Positions 18,433 through 28,072 of a stretch of DNA of 64,000 nt are shown piece by piece. How positions within the stretch are numbered: the first letter of the stretch is position 1; each line of letters begins with the position of its first letter. The notes beneath the pieces are model-generated. The model ran no database searches. It was not told the DNA's origin and worked only from the letters and a program-made list of their open reading frames with translations. A program made the translations under genes and the position numbers. Source of the stretch: a virus; the IMG/VR virus record IMGVR_UViG_3300026209_000002, positions 3,708-67,707 of that record, one strand, 5' to 3'.

Positions 18433-20064
18433 ATGTCACAAAAGGCAATTCAAGAAATAATGGGTGGCTATAACCCAGTACAAGAACGCAGGAAAGAAAC
18501 TGAGAAGCTTGTACAGAAATGGGAAGCCACAGGATTACTTGAAGGTCTTAAATCCGAAAACAAGATACACAGTATGGCTCAGCTACTTGAGAACCAGGCT
18601 CGTCAGTTAATTGACGAATCTTCTCGCGTAGGTGGTCCAGGTACAGAAGAATGGAGTGGAGTTGCACTTCCTCTAGTCAGACGTATCTTTGGTGAATTGG
18701 CAGCACAGGAATTCGTTTCTGTTCAACCAATGAACTTACCAAGTGGTCTTATTTTCTATTTGGACTTCAAGTATGGCACAGCTAACCAAGGCATGAGTGT
18801 TGGTGAAGATGTGTATGGTAACACTTCCGCATCAGGTGACGCAACAGGCGGCCTATACGGACAAGGCAAATTTGCCTACTCAACTAAGCAGCAAGAAACT
18901 TCTGCTCAATCAATTCACGCATCAAGTGTTGGATCAGGTACATTTACCACAGGTTCAGTTGCTTGGTCTGATGTTGATTTTGAACCAGATCTTTCTGCTT
19001 CTTCTCTAACAACAACTGGTGCAGATAATTCACTTAACAAAATTACAGTATCCACAGCAGCTATGACACGTCCTGACACAGAAGCAGTTCGTTCAATGGT
19101 AATCTCTGGTTCTGGTTTTGATGAGTATTTCCCTGCATATACAAAACTATCAGGTTCATCTGATACTGAAGTAGTGTTTGTTGTTAGACAATCTGCTGCA
19201 GGTACTATCGGTGCATTAACCGTTAAATACTCTGCACAACCTACAGACTCAACTCGTGGTGATTTCGAAGATACACCAACTGAACCAGCAACTGATCTTT
19301 CAATTCCAGAAATTGATATTCAATTGCGTCAAGTTAGTATCGTCGCTAAAACCCGTAAGTTAAAAGCTGTATGGACTCCTGAGCTTGCTCAAGACCTTAA
19401 CGCTTATCATAGTGTTGACGCTGAAGCTGAGTTAACAGCAATGTTATCTGAGTATGTAACAATGGAAATCGATCTAGAAATCCTTGATATGTTACGCGCT
19501 AACGCAAATGCTAAGACTGAAAGATGGTCAGCAAGAGTCGGATATGAATACGACGCTAATTCAGGTGCATGGGCAGCAACAAGCGATAATGCTTCTGCTT
19601 ATACAAAAGGAACTTGGTTCCAGACATTAGGTAACAAGATACAATCAGTTTCTAATGCTATTCATCAGAAAACCCTTCGTGGTGGTGCAAACTTTATAGT
19701 TGTTTCTCCTGAAACAGCAACCATCATCGAGAGTATTCCAGGATACGCTGCAGATTCAGATGGCGATGCCTCAAACAATTCATTCGCAATGGGTGTACAA
19801 AAGATAGGTGCTCTTAATAACAGATATACTGTTTACAAGAACCCTTACTTCACCGAGAATGTAATTCTTGCTGGTTTCCGCGGGTCTAACTTCCTCGAAA
19901 CAGGTGCAGTATATGCTCCATATGTTCCGTTGATAATGACTCCACTTGTTTACGATCCTTCGAACTTTACACCACGTAAAGGTGTAATGACTCGTTACGC
20001 TAAGAAGATGGTTCGTCCAGAATTCTATGGCGAGATTATCGTAGGCGATGTCAACTACGTTTAA
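18433..20064 (+). CDS. Major capsid protein (T4 gp23-like)
   Basis: LPLVRR, VSVQPMNLPSGLIFYL, AKTRKLKAVWTPELAQDL.AYH, LSEY...EID.EI, YAPYVPL, YDP..FTPRKGVMTRY. Confidence 0.97.
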   Translation: MSQKAIQEIMGGYNPVQERRKETEKLVQKWEATGLLEGLKSENKIHSMAQLLENQARQLIDESSRVGGPGTEEWSGVALPLVRRIFGELAAQEFVSVQPMNLPSGLIFYLDFKYGTANQGMSVGEDVYGNTSASGDATGGLYGQGKFAYSTKQQETSAQSIHASSVGSGTFTTGSVAWSDVDFEPDLSASSLTTTGADNSLNKITVSTAAMTRPDTEAVRSMVISGSGFDEYFPAYTKLSGSSDTEVVFVVRQSAAGTIGALTVKYSAQPTDSTRGDFEDTPTEPATDLSIPEIDIQLRQVSIVAKTRKLKAVWTPELAQDLNAYHSVDAEAELTAMLSEYVTMEIDLEILDMLRANANAKTERWSARVGYEYDANSGAWAATSDNASAYTKGTWFQTLGNKIQSVSNAIHQKTLRGGANFIVVSPETATIIESIPGYAADSDGDASNNSFAMGVQKIGALNNRYTVYKNPYFTENVILAGFRGSNFLETGAVYAPYVPLIMTPLVYDPSNFTPRKGVMTRYAKKMVRPEFYGEIIVGDVNYV

Positions 20065-20122
20065 TTGATTTAAACATAGTAACGATCACTAAGTTTCTAT
20101 TGAAGCTTAGAATTAAAAAAAA

Positions 20123-20148
20123 GGGGAGATTTCGGTCTCCCCTTTTTT
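20123..20148 (+). terminator. Rho-independent terminator after the capsid gene
   Basis: GGGGAGA-tTTCGg-TCTCCCC followed by TTTTTT and preceded by an A-tract. Confidence 0.9.
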
Positions 20149-20166
20149 ATTTAATAGGAGTTATAT

Positions 20167-20904
20167 ATGAAAATAGCATTTTGTGGAGATAGTTTCGCAT
20201 CAGACATTACAGATAATCCATTTCCAAGTTGGCAATGGTTATTAAGTAAAGAATATAAAGCTGAAATTTTATGTAAAGGAAAAAATGGTTGGAGTTTATT
20301 CCATGCGTATGAAAGGATGATGGAAAACATTAACGAAGCTGACTATATAATATTTTGTATTACAGACCCAAGTAGATTATCCAGTCCATTTAAATTACCA
20401 ATTACAACTTGGGAATCTGATTATAAAAACGCTTTTATTGAAATACAAGATAATAAAAAATATTTACATAGTCATGGAATACCACCTACAAGTTTTGATT
20501 ATAAACTATTACAAAAAGCTATAAGATATTATTATAAAATGTTATATGATGATTCACATATGGAAACAACACATAGAGGATTACTTCGTGAAATTGATGC
20601 GGTAATTAAACAATATAATAAAAAATGTATATTATTAAAATGTTTTACAGAAAGTTTTCCCAATTATACACCAGAAAATGTTGTTTGGGGAAATTTACAT
20701 TTATATGAAGATATTTCAAAGAAAGAATTTGAATTTATGTCACAAAAAGAGTTAAAATTAATAGAAGTTGGGAAAGATGATGCGAGAAAAAATCATTTAA
20801 ATGAGAAAAATAATCATAATTTGTATTTATTTTTGAAGGATATAATAGATAAAGACGATTTTACTTCTTCTGAGAAAAATATGACAAATTATTTTTCTAA
20901 TTAA
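20167..20904 (+). CDS. SGNH/GDSL-hydrolase-like protein
   Basis: N-terminal FCGDSFA block-I motif and a C-terminal NH. Confidence 0.55.
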   Translation: MKIAFCGDSFASDITDNPFPSWQWLLSKEYKAEILCKGKNGWSLFHAYERMMENINEADYIIFCITDPSRLSSPFKLPITTWESDYKNAFIEIQDNKKYLHSHGIPPTSFDYKLLQKAIRYYYKMLYDDSHMETTHRGLLREIDAVIKQYNKKCILLKCFTESFPNYTPENVVWGNLHLYEDISKKEFEFMSQKELKLIEVGKDDARKNHLNEKNNHNLYLFLKDIIDKDDFTSSEKNMTNYFSN

Positions 20905-20955
20905 TTGGATTATATATATGAGTTATGGTTTTTATATACAAAACTTCATAGATAG

Positions 20956-20963
20956 ATATTTAT
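20956..20963 (+). promoter_or_regulatory. Putative promoter element ATATTTAT upstream of the Hint genes
   Basis: Intergenic exact motif. Confidence 0.6.
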
Positions 20964-21003
20964 TACTGACTAATTATAACAATTTTTTAATTGGAGAATA
21001 TTG

Positions 21004-21564
21004 ATGAAATTGAAATCATATTTAAATGCAGGAACATTGATCACGATGGAAAACGGAGACCAAAAAGCAATAGAAAGCTTAACAGAAGGTGATAAGGTAC
21101 AAACTTACCTAACAAGTGAAGATTTTGATATGGCTCATATTGGTGAAAATGAACAAAATGTATGTACAATATCTGATGTTATTGAAGCGGAGGTCGACGC
21201 AACAGATATAGTAAAATTAAACTTTGAAGATGATGTAAGTTTAATAACGACAAACGACCAACCAATTTATGGAGCATCAGAAGAAACGGGTTGGTTAGTT
21301 CCTAATGTAGAAGCTATGGAAAAAATTATCGGTAGACAAAATATTGATGAAAGTGAAGACGTTGAAGGTACAGGAGAGTTAGCACAAGAGTTACAAGTAG
21401 GTAACACTGTACATCAAGATGATGGGGATACCGTTGCAGATATTACATTAGAATCTATTGAAAATGTAGAAGGCATTCATACTATGTATTGTTTGGGAAT
21501 AACCGAAGAAAATGCATCGTTTGTTTTTGCAAATAATATTTTAATATGTGCAGGAACGTTATAA
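21004..21564 (+). CDS. Stand-alone Hint (intein-like) domain protein lacking splicing residues
   Basis: YLNAGTLITMENGDQKAIESLTEGDKV (block A-like), LITTNDQP, AQELQVG, MYCLGI...FANNILICA. Confidence 0.75.
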   Translation: MKLKSYLNAGTLITMENGDQKAIESLTEGDKVQTYLTSEDFDMAHIGENEQNVCTISDVIEAEVDATDIVKLNFEDDVSLITTNDQPIYGASEETGWLVPNVEAMEKIIGRQNIDESEDVEGTGELAQELQVGNTVHQDDGDTVADITLESIENVEGIHTMYCLGITEENASFVFANNILICAGTL

Positions 21565-21583
21565 TTCATATTAAGGAAAAATA

Positions 21584-22402
21584 ATGGAACAGATTAAACC
21601 TGGAGTAGTACGAGGTACTATGATAACTATGTATCATGAAGATGGTAGTTATCAAAAACCAATAGAAGAAGTACAAGAGGGTGATATAATCAAAACATTT
21701 GATATGAATTCTGATGATTATGATGGTGCTCATCCAGAAATGAATCAAGCTACTTATAAGAGAGTAGCTAAAAAAACTAAACAAAAGGCTACAAAGTTAG
21801 TTAAAATAAAGTATAGTGATGGTTCGGATTTGATTACCACTATTGGACATCCAATGAGGATGCAAGCTATGCCGTGTGGTATAGTTTATCGAGATGATGG
21901 TATAGAAACTCGTGGGTGTAGTGAAGTAGATGAAAATATGGAAGAATATGATAGAGTGGGTGCACGAGCAAAAACGATTACAGATATAGACGATGTTGAT
22001 GATTGGGCAAAAGAATTAGGATATCATTTTTGTTGTAATGTAGGATTTGAATCATATTCTCCTGAAAGAAAATATACAGAAACTAAATATGATATAAATG
22101 ATTTAAGATTTAATAATATAGTTACAAAAAATGAATGGAAAACAGCACAGTTACAACTTGGTGGGTTTCCAATTTTAGATGGGAATTTAGGATTGGAAGT
22201 CATACGACAAAAAGTTGATGGAGATTATGATAAAATGGTAGAGGAAGCAGTAACTGTAGTTGGATTTGAAGATATAGATGGTGAGTTTGAAACTTACACT
22301 ATAGGTGATACAACTGGAGAAGAAATGACTAATTATTTTGCAAACAATAAACTTATATCTCCAGCAATGGGAGAACACGATAATGAACAAGAACATAAAT
22401 AG
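21584..22402 (+). CDS. Stand-alone Hint (intein-like) domain protein with a Cys-containing insertion, lacking terminal splicing residues
   Basis: GVVRGTMITM..DGSYQKPIEEVQEGD, LITTIGHP, TYTI...NYFANNKLISP. Confidence 0.75.
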   Translation: MEQIKPGVVRGTMITMYHEDGSYQKPIEEVQEGDIIKTFDMNSDDYDGAHPEMNQATYKRVAKKTKQKATKLVKIKYSDGSDLITTIGHPMRMQAMPCGIVYRDDGIETRGCSEVDENMEEYDRVGARAKTITDIDDVDDWAKELGYHFCCNVGFESYSPERKYTETKYDINDLRFNNIVTKNEWKTAQLQLGGFPILDGNLGLEVIRQKVDGDYDKMVEEAVTVVGFEDIDGEFETYTIGDTTGEEMTNYFANNKLISPAMGEHDNEQEHK

Positions 22403-22413
22403 GAGAAAGTTAA

Positions 22414-23580
22414 ATGGCACAACCTTCAATATGGCCAGGTAGTGGTTCGGCCGCAAGTGGTAGTACTCCGTTTGGATTTTATGACAATGAATCAACTTTT
22501 CAAACAGATGCACCTAATTTTGCAATATGGGCGGGCAAAAGACTTGGATATCCTATTATGGATGTTGAATTACAAGATTCTCATTTTTATGCTTGTTTTG
22601 AAGAGTCTATAGCGGAATACTCTTCACAAGTAAATCAATTTAATATAGTTGATAACTTAATGACCTTACAGGGACAGTCTACTGGAAGTGAGTACACACA
22701 TAGAAATATAAATCCATCTATGGGTAGAGTAGTAGAATTAGCTCAAGAATATGGAACAGAAGCTTCTATACCAGTAGGTGGAGAAGTTACTTTAAAATCT
22801 GGTTCGATAGATATTGTGAGTGGTTCTCAAGTATATGATTTAAATACTCTATGGGCAAATGTAAGTGAAAGTAGCAATGCTATTGAAATACGTAGAGTTC
22901 ATCATGGAAATACACCAGCTATTCAAAGATTTTTTGACCCATACGCAACAACTGGATATGGTACACAAAATTTAATATCGGGTTTTGGATTTGGTAGTAT
23001 GTCACCAGCGGTATCTTATACAATGATGCCTATATTTGAAGATATGTTGAGAATGCAAGCTATTGAATTGAATGACACGATAAGAAAATCCGCATATGGT
23101 TTTCATATAGTGGATAATAAAATGAGGATATTCCCTAATCCGAGTGGAGAGACATTTAAAGTTTATTTTGACTATTATGTTAAGAATGACAAAACTACAA
23201 GTATACCATCTGGTTCAGGAGCAGGATTAGGAGTAGTCTCTGACTTTTCTAACGCACCTTATGGTAATATGAAATATGGTGAGATTAATGATACGAGTAA
23301 AACGTGGATTAGAAAATATGGATTAGCACTTTGTAAAGAATTGTTGGGTCATGTTAGAGGAAAATATGCTTCAATACCTATTCCTAATTCAGAAACTACA
23401 TTAGATGGAGAAACTTTAAGAAGTGAAGCAACTGCTGATAAAGAGATGTTAATTACTCAACTCAGAGAAATGTTAGAACAAACTTCAAAAAGGGCACTCC
23501 TTGAAAAAGACAGAGATGAAGGAGAATTTTTGTCAGATAAGTTAGGTAGAATACCAATATCTCCAATTTTTATAGGATAA
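22414..23580 (+). CDS. Neck/head-tail adaptor protein (T4 gp13-like)
   Basis: RLGYPIMDVELQD, WIRKY.LA.CKE.LG.VRGKY, LDGETL; position after the head module. Confidence 0.8.
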   Translation: MAQPSIWPGSGSAASGSTPFGFYDNESTFQTDAPNFAIWAGKRLGYPIMDVELQDSHFYACFEESIAEYSSQVNQFNIVDNLMTLQGQSTGSEYTHRNINPSMGRVVELAQEYGTEASIPVGGEVTLKSGSIDIVSGSQVYDLNTLWANVSESSNAIEIRRVHHGNTPAIQRFFDPYATTGYGTQNLISGFGFGSMSPAVSYTMMPIFEDMLRMQAIELNDTIRKSAYGFHIVDNKMRIFPNPSGETFKVYFDYYVKNDKTTSIPSGSGAGLGVVSDFSNAPYGNMKYGEINDTSKTWIRKYGLALCKELLGHVRGKYASIPIPNSETTLDGETLRSEATADKEMLITQLREMLEQTSKRALLEKDRDEGEFLSDKLGRIPISPIFIG

Positions 23581-23584
23581 CATA

Positions 23585-24085
23585 ATGGCAAGCAGGTTCT
23601 TATCTACAAGAGATCAAGGCTTATTTACAAGTATCAATCGTGAATTAGTTGGCGACCCTAAGAGTGGTGCACAAAACGGTGATGGTATTATAAATCAAAC
23701 TGCTGTTTTATATAGAATATCAGTAGCAGATACTACAACGAATCTTTACGGTGAAGCAGCAGGTGGTAAGACTTATTTAGCAGGAGTTAAAGTACCTTGT
23801 ATGATTTCAGCGGATGATATAGATTTTAATACAGATGAATTTGGATTAGATGCTCAACAGACAGCACAATTTTGGGTAGAAAGAGAATATCTTACAGAGT
23901 TAAATTTAGTTATAGAACCTGGTGATATATTTGATTGGAATTATGCACACTTTGAGATTGGTTCTATAAATGAAAATCAATTAGTAGGTGGTAATGTAGA
24001 TTCTAATTGGTCGGTTGTGTGTAACACATTTTTAGTCAGAAGGTCAAACTTACAGATAGAAAGAATAAGACAAGGAGTTAATTAA
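23585..24085 (+). CDS. Head closure protein (T4 gp14-like)
   Basis: NLYGE and IEPGDIF motifs; follows the neck gene. Confidence 0.6.
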   Translation: MASRFLSTRDQGLFTSINRELVGDPKSGAQNGDGIINQTAVLYRISVADTTTNLYGEAAGGKTYLAGVKVPCMISADDIDFNTDEFGLDAQQTAQFWVEREYLTELNLVIEPGDIFDWNYAHFEIGSINENQLVGGNVDSNWSVVCNTFLVRRSNLQIERIRQGVN

Positions 24086-24852
24086 TGGCGAAAGAAAAGC
24101 CAACCGCTCCTACCCCAGTACTTGAAACAAATCGAGGTAGAGACTACAAAAGGTCAGATGATAATGTAAAAAATATATCTGTAGGTCTTATGGATATGGA
24201 TTCAGCGATAATGTATTATTTTGATAATGTTATACGACCTAGAGTAGAAGAAGCAGGAGAACAAATAAAAGTACCTATTATGTATGGTTCACCTGAAAGG
24301 TGGGCTTCGGTAAGAAGGACTGGTTATATACGAGATAAAAAAAGACAAATATTAACTCCAGTAATAATGTTTAAAAGAACAAGTATGACTAAGAATGAAA
24401 GTATTCCACTTGATAAGTTGGATGCTAACAATCCAAAGTTACATTATACTTTTGAAAAGAAATGGACACAAAAAAATAGGTATGATAAATTTACAGCACA
24501 ACAGAAGTTAATACCACAAAATGAATTTTATAATGTTACTCTACCAGATTATATGACATTAACTTATAATTTTATAATATGGACAGCGTATACAGAACAG
24601 ATGAATAAAATAGTAGAGAAAGTAAATTATAGTGTAGGTTCATACTGGGGTGCACCAGATAAAATGAAATTTAAAACAGTCATTGATAGTTTTTCAGATG
24701 TTACTGAGATGTCTGATACTGAAAGAGTAGTTAAAACTGAATTTGATGTAACTTTAAATGGATACTTGATTCCAAAATCATTTAACAATAAAGTTACTAC
24801 TCAAAAATATATAACACCTAAACGAGTAGTTGTTAAAGAAGGATTTATGTAG
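24085..24852 (+). CDS. Tail completion/sheath stabilizer (T4 gp15-like), copy 1
   Basis: KVPIMYGSPERW, P.I.F.R, EQMN.IVE. Confidence 0.65.
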   Translation: MAKEKPTAPTPVLETNRGRDYKRSDDNVKNISVGLMDMDSAIMYYFDNVIRPRVEEAGEQIKVPIMYGSPERWASVRRTGYIRDKKRQILTPVIMFKRTSMTKNESIPLDKLDANNPKLHYTFEKKWTQKNRYDKFTAQQKLIPQNEFYNVTLPDYMTLTYNFIIWTAYTEQMNKIVEKVNYSVGSYWGAPDKMKFKTVIDSFSDVTEMSDTERVVKTEFDVTLNGYLIPKSFNNKVTTQKYITPKRVVVKEGFM

Positions 24853-24853
24853 T

Positions 24854-26212
24854 ATGGCACGGACTAAACCAATAGCACGGTCTCAAAGAGTTAGAATGAC
24901 AACTCCAGTACCCAATCGTGGGTTTGAACGTAAAAGAACTAACGATACGGTTAAGAATGTATCTGTTTCTTTGATGGACCACGATGCTGCAGTAATGTAT
25001 TATTTTACAAATGTAATCAAGCCTACAGTAGAGGAAGCAGGTGAGACAGTTGATGTACCTGTTATGTATGCAAATCCTGAAAGATGGAAAGCTATTCGTA
25101 AAAGTGGTTATTTAAGAGATAGAAAGAGACAATTAATTACACCATTGGTAGCGTTTAGAAGGTCAACTATCGCTAAAGATGATACTATAGCAGTTGATAA
25201 AGTAGATGCTAATGACCCAAAGAATTTTTATACTTTTGAAAGAAAATATACCACACAAAATCGTTATGATAAGTTTAATGTTCAACAAGGATTGTTAAAA
25301 TCAAAAGAATATTATACTGTAGCAATGCCCGATTATGTTGTTATGACATATGAAGCTATTATTTGGACACCTTATATAGAACAAATGAATTCTATAGTAG
25401 AGAGGATAAATTATAGTGATGGAGCTTATTGGGGAGAACCAGGTAAGTTTAAATTTAAAGTAAACATAGATAGTTTTGATGACGCAACTGAAATGGCTGA
25501 AGCAGAGAGAATTATTAAAACTAATTTTACTTTTAATTTTAGAGGATATTTGATTCCAGAAAGTTTTAATGATTATGTAACTACAACTAAATACTTTTCT
25601 CCAAAGAGATTGGACATTGTAGATGAATCTGATTTCTCTATAGCGTCTGTATTTAGACCTGATAGTAAAAGTGAAACTGTTAGAATTTTAGGAACTCGTG
25701 GTTCTCGTTCAAGTCAATTAGGTGGAGTTACAGATTTTATTAGAGGTATATCACCTGCAGTTGGTCAAGAGATACAAGATTTAGAATTTACAAATATTTT
25801 TGGTGGAGAGACTCAGTATGTAATGAGGTATGGTGGAGAACCTACAAGCTCTCAAGATACAAAAGCAGTTGTGACTATGGGATATGTAAGTGCGTCATTT
25901 TTAGATCAATCATTATATCTATCTGGTTCACAATCTTCATCATTGGATACAAGTCCAACTCCAGATAGACAAGTTTATACTTTATCAGTAACTAGTGGAC
26001 ATAAAGTTAGAAATGGTTCTGTTATTGTTAATGTAAATGGTATGAGTTTGTCTGCACTTAGTAACCAAGAGAACACGAGTAGTTTAAAAGATTTTTTTAT
26101 ATCATCATCTAATTCTGGATATGTCAGTATAAATAAACAACATACAGGAGGCGGTATTAATTTAGATGAAGAAGATAATGTAGTAATAAATTACAGCACT
26201 GTAATAAAATGA
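24854..26212 (+). CDS. gp15-like paralog (copy 2) with a C-terminal Ser-rich extension
   Basis: N-terminal ~260 aa align by eye with 24085..24852. Start moved to ATG 24854. Confidence 0.65.
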   Translation: MARTKPIARSQRVRMTTPVPNRGFERKRTNDTVKNVSVSLMDHDAAVMYYFTNVIKPTVEEAGETVDVPVMYANPERWKAIRKSGYLRDRKRQLITPLVAFRRSTIAKDDTIAVDKVDANDPKNFYTFERKYTTQNRYDKFNVQQGLLKSKEYYTVAMPDYVVMTYEAIIWTPYIEQMNSIVERINYSDGAYWGEPGKFKFKVNIDSFDDATEMAEAERIIKTNFTFNFRGYLIPESFNDYVTTTKYFSPKRLDIVDESDFSIASVFRPDSKSETVRILGTRGSRSSQLGGVTDFIRGISPAVGQEIQDLEFTNIFGGETQYVMRYGGEPTSSQDTKAVVTMGYVSASFLDQSLYLSGSQSSSLDTSPTPDRQVYTLSVTSGHKVRNGSVIVNVNGMSLSALSNQENTSSLKDFFISSSNSGYVSINKQHTGGGINLDEEDNVVINYSTVIK

Positions 26213-26730
26213 GAACAGAATTAGAAGGATATAAGGGTACGATACGAAATTTTGTAGCTCCAGTAAGTGAGTCAAAATTTAATGCAGATAAATTTACTTT
26301 CACAGACGCATCTGGTTCAAATTTACCTTTTAGGATGAATAATATATTAGGTGAACCTTCAAGAAAACACGATGTTTTGTCTATGGGAGCGATGTTAGAT
26401 TTTAGTAGAGAAAGAATTAAAGTGTGGGGATATTCTGATATATCTACATCCACATCAACTTATCAAGAATTTGATTTAAGTACTTTATATTCTATTAGTA
26501 GGTATAAACTTAGACCAATATCAGGTAAATTATTTGTAAATTCAGTTTTACAATTTAATAAACCGTCTTGGACAGGAACAACAGGAGTAGATTATTATTA
26601 CGCTGATAATTATAAGAAACTAAGGTTGAGGAAAAAAACACTAGATTCAGGAGTTTTACGAGGTATTACATTAGCTTCTGGAGATGAAATTTTATTAAAA
26701 TATAAAATACAACCGAAAAACGTAGGTTAA
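26209..26730 (+). CDS. Putative virion structural protein
   Basis: Coupled within the neck/fibre run; beta-rich. Confidence 0.55.
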   Translation: MRTELEGYKGTIRNFVAPVSESKFNADKFTFTDASGSNLPFRMNNILGEPSRKHDVLSMGAMLDFSRERIKVWGYSDISTSTSTYQEFDLSTLYSISRYKLRPISGKLFVNSVLQFNKPSWTGTTGVDYYYADNYKKLRLRKKTLDSGVLRGITLASGDEILLKYKIQPKNVG

Positions 26731-26733
26731 AAT

Positions 26734-27738
26734 ATGGCATTAATTGATTTAACAAGACAAGCTAAAGCATCAACAACTGCAGGACAAGTTGCAAAAACTT
26801 CTGCAACTACATCTTCCGCAACTGGATTATATGATGTAGAATGGGGAAATCTAACACTAGCTAGTTTGGGAACAGGTTCATTTGATACAGGTACGGATGG
26901 AGATGTACAAACTAGAGATATGTACATGTATGATGAGTCAACTGGTGGAAATTTATATACTACTGGAAGTTATGGTAGTAAATTAATAATGACACTTAAT
27001 CCATCTGGATATATGACAGGTTCGGTAACAATTTATGGTGATTTGATAGTTGAAGGTTCTTCTTCTATACAAAATACAGCTACAATGGTTGTTGAAGATC
27101 CAATAATTGATATAAATTTTAGTGGTTCAACTGCTTTATCATCTCAAGATGCAGGATTGAGAGTTGGTAGAAGTGGTGGAACTAATGCACAATTAGTATT
27201 TGACCATAGTGAAACAAGATGGGCTATAGATAATGCAGCTGGTAGTAATATCAATATAGTTGGTTCATCCACTACCGATACATTAACAAACAAAACAATT
27301 ACAGGATTAGCAACTTCCACAATGGCTAGCGCCGCTAATATAACTTTTAGTGGTGATGGTGAGGTATTAGGATTACCCGCTACTGCAAGTGTGGATGGTG
27401 CAGCTACTTCAAAACTTTATGTAGACCATAGAAATGAATTTTTAAGAAAGAATTATGTAAAGAGAGCAGCAAGTTATAGTGGTTCTGTATCTTTAAATGA
27501 TATAACTGGATATGCGACCGCTAGTTTCACAGCTACAACAGCATCTTCTCCAACTGGTTTGACTGCAGTGGGTGAAAATGATTTTGTATTTTTTATGAAT
27601 GGTCAATATATGGAACATGATGCTTTGGAAGTACAACAAAGTGGTGTTAATTTTATGTTAAAAGTTAATACAACTTCAATTGGTTATGTTTTAGAGGCAG
27701 ATGATGAGATAATAGCTCACGGAAAATTTGACTCTTAA
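26734..27738 (+). CDS. Putative collar/fibre-associated structural protein
   Basis: S/T/G-rich; GDLIVEG..VEDPII fibre-type motif. Confidence 0.6.
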   Translation: MALIDLTRQAKASTTAGQVAKTSATTSSATGLYDVEWGNLTLASLGTGSFDTGTDGDVQTRDMYMYDESTGGNLYTTGSYGSKLIMTLNPSGYMTGSVTIYGDLIVEGSSSIQNTATMVVEDPIIDINFSGSTALSSQDAGLRVGRSGGTNAQLVFDHSETRWAIDNAAGSNINIVGSSTTDTLTNKTITGLATSTMASAANITFSGDGEVLGLPATASVDGAATSKLYVDHRNEFLRKNYVKRAASYSGSVSLNDITGYATASFTATTASSPTGLTAVGENDFVFFMNGQYMEHDALEVQQSGVNFMLKVNTTSIGYVLEADDEIIAHGKFDS

Positions 27739-27772
27739 ATCCCCTTAACCACTTTTCTTTTACTATTCTTTG

Positions 27773-27780
27773 ATATTTAT
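27773..27780 (+). promoter_or_regulatory. Putative promoter element ATATTTAT directly before an apparently leaderless ATG
   Basis: Motif ends 4 nt before ATG 27785; no SD. Confidence 0.55.
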
Positions 27781-27784
27781 TAGT

Positions 27785-28072
27785 ATGAGAAAACGATCTT
27801 GGTCTAATAGAAAAAATAGAAGATGTCCTGATTGTCGTAAAATGATTACTTACACGAGAAAGGATACATTTGACAGAGCTGTAGGTAACAACTCTGTATG
27901 TAAGTCTTGTGCACAGATGGATAGAAAACTTACAGTAGAAACGATTGAGAAAATGAAACAACCAAAAACTTCGAATCATAAAAGGAATATTTCAAGGTCA
28001 ATGAAAGTTTATTGGGAAGATAGAAAACAACAAGAACATTATAAGGAACACGAATGGCTCTCATTGGATTAA
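27785..28072 (+). CDS. Small Zn-ribbon plus NUMOD3-like DNA-binding protein (homing-endonuclease-type module without a nuclease)
   Basis: CPDC...CKSC, then TVETIEKM and TSNHKRNIS repeats. Confidence 0.55.
   Translation: MRKRSWSNRKNRRCPDCRKMITYTRKDTFDRAVGNNSVCKSCAQMDRKLTVETIEKMKQPKTSNHKRNISRSMKVYWEDRKQQEHYKEHEWLSLD

Noticed and set aside
21004-22402. Hint ORFs as true or split inteins
   Set aside because: There are no exteins and no N-terminal Cys/Ser or C-terminal His-Asn. Each ORF contains both N- and C-terminal blocks, so they are not complementary halves.
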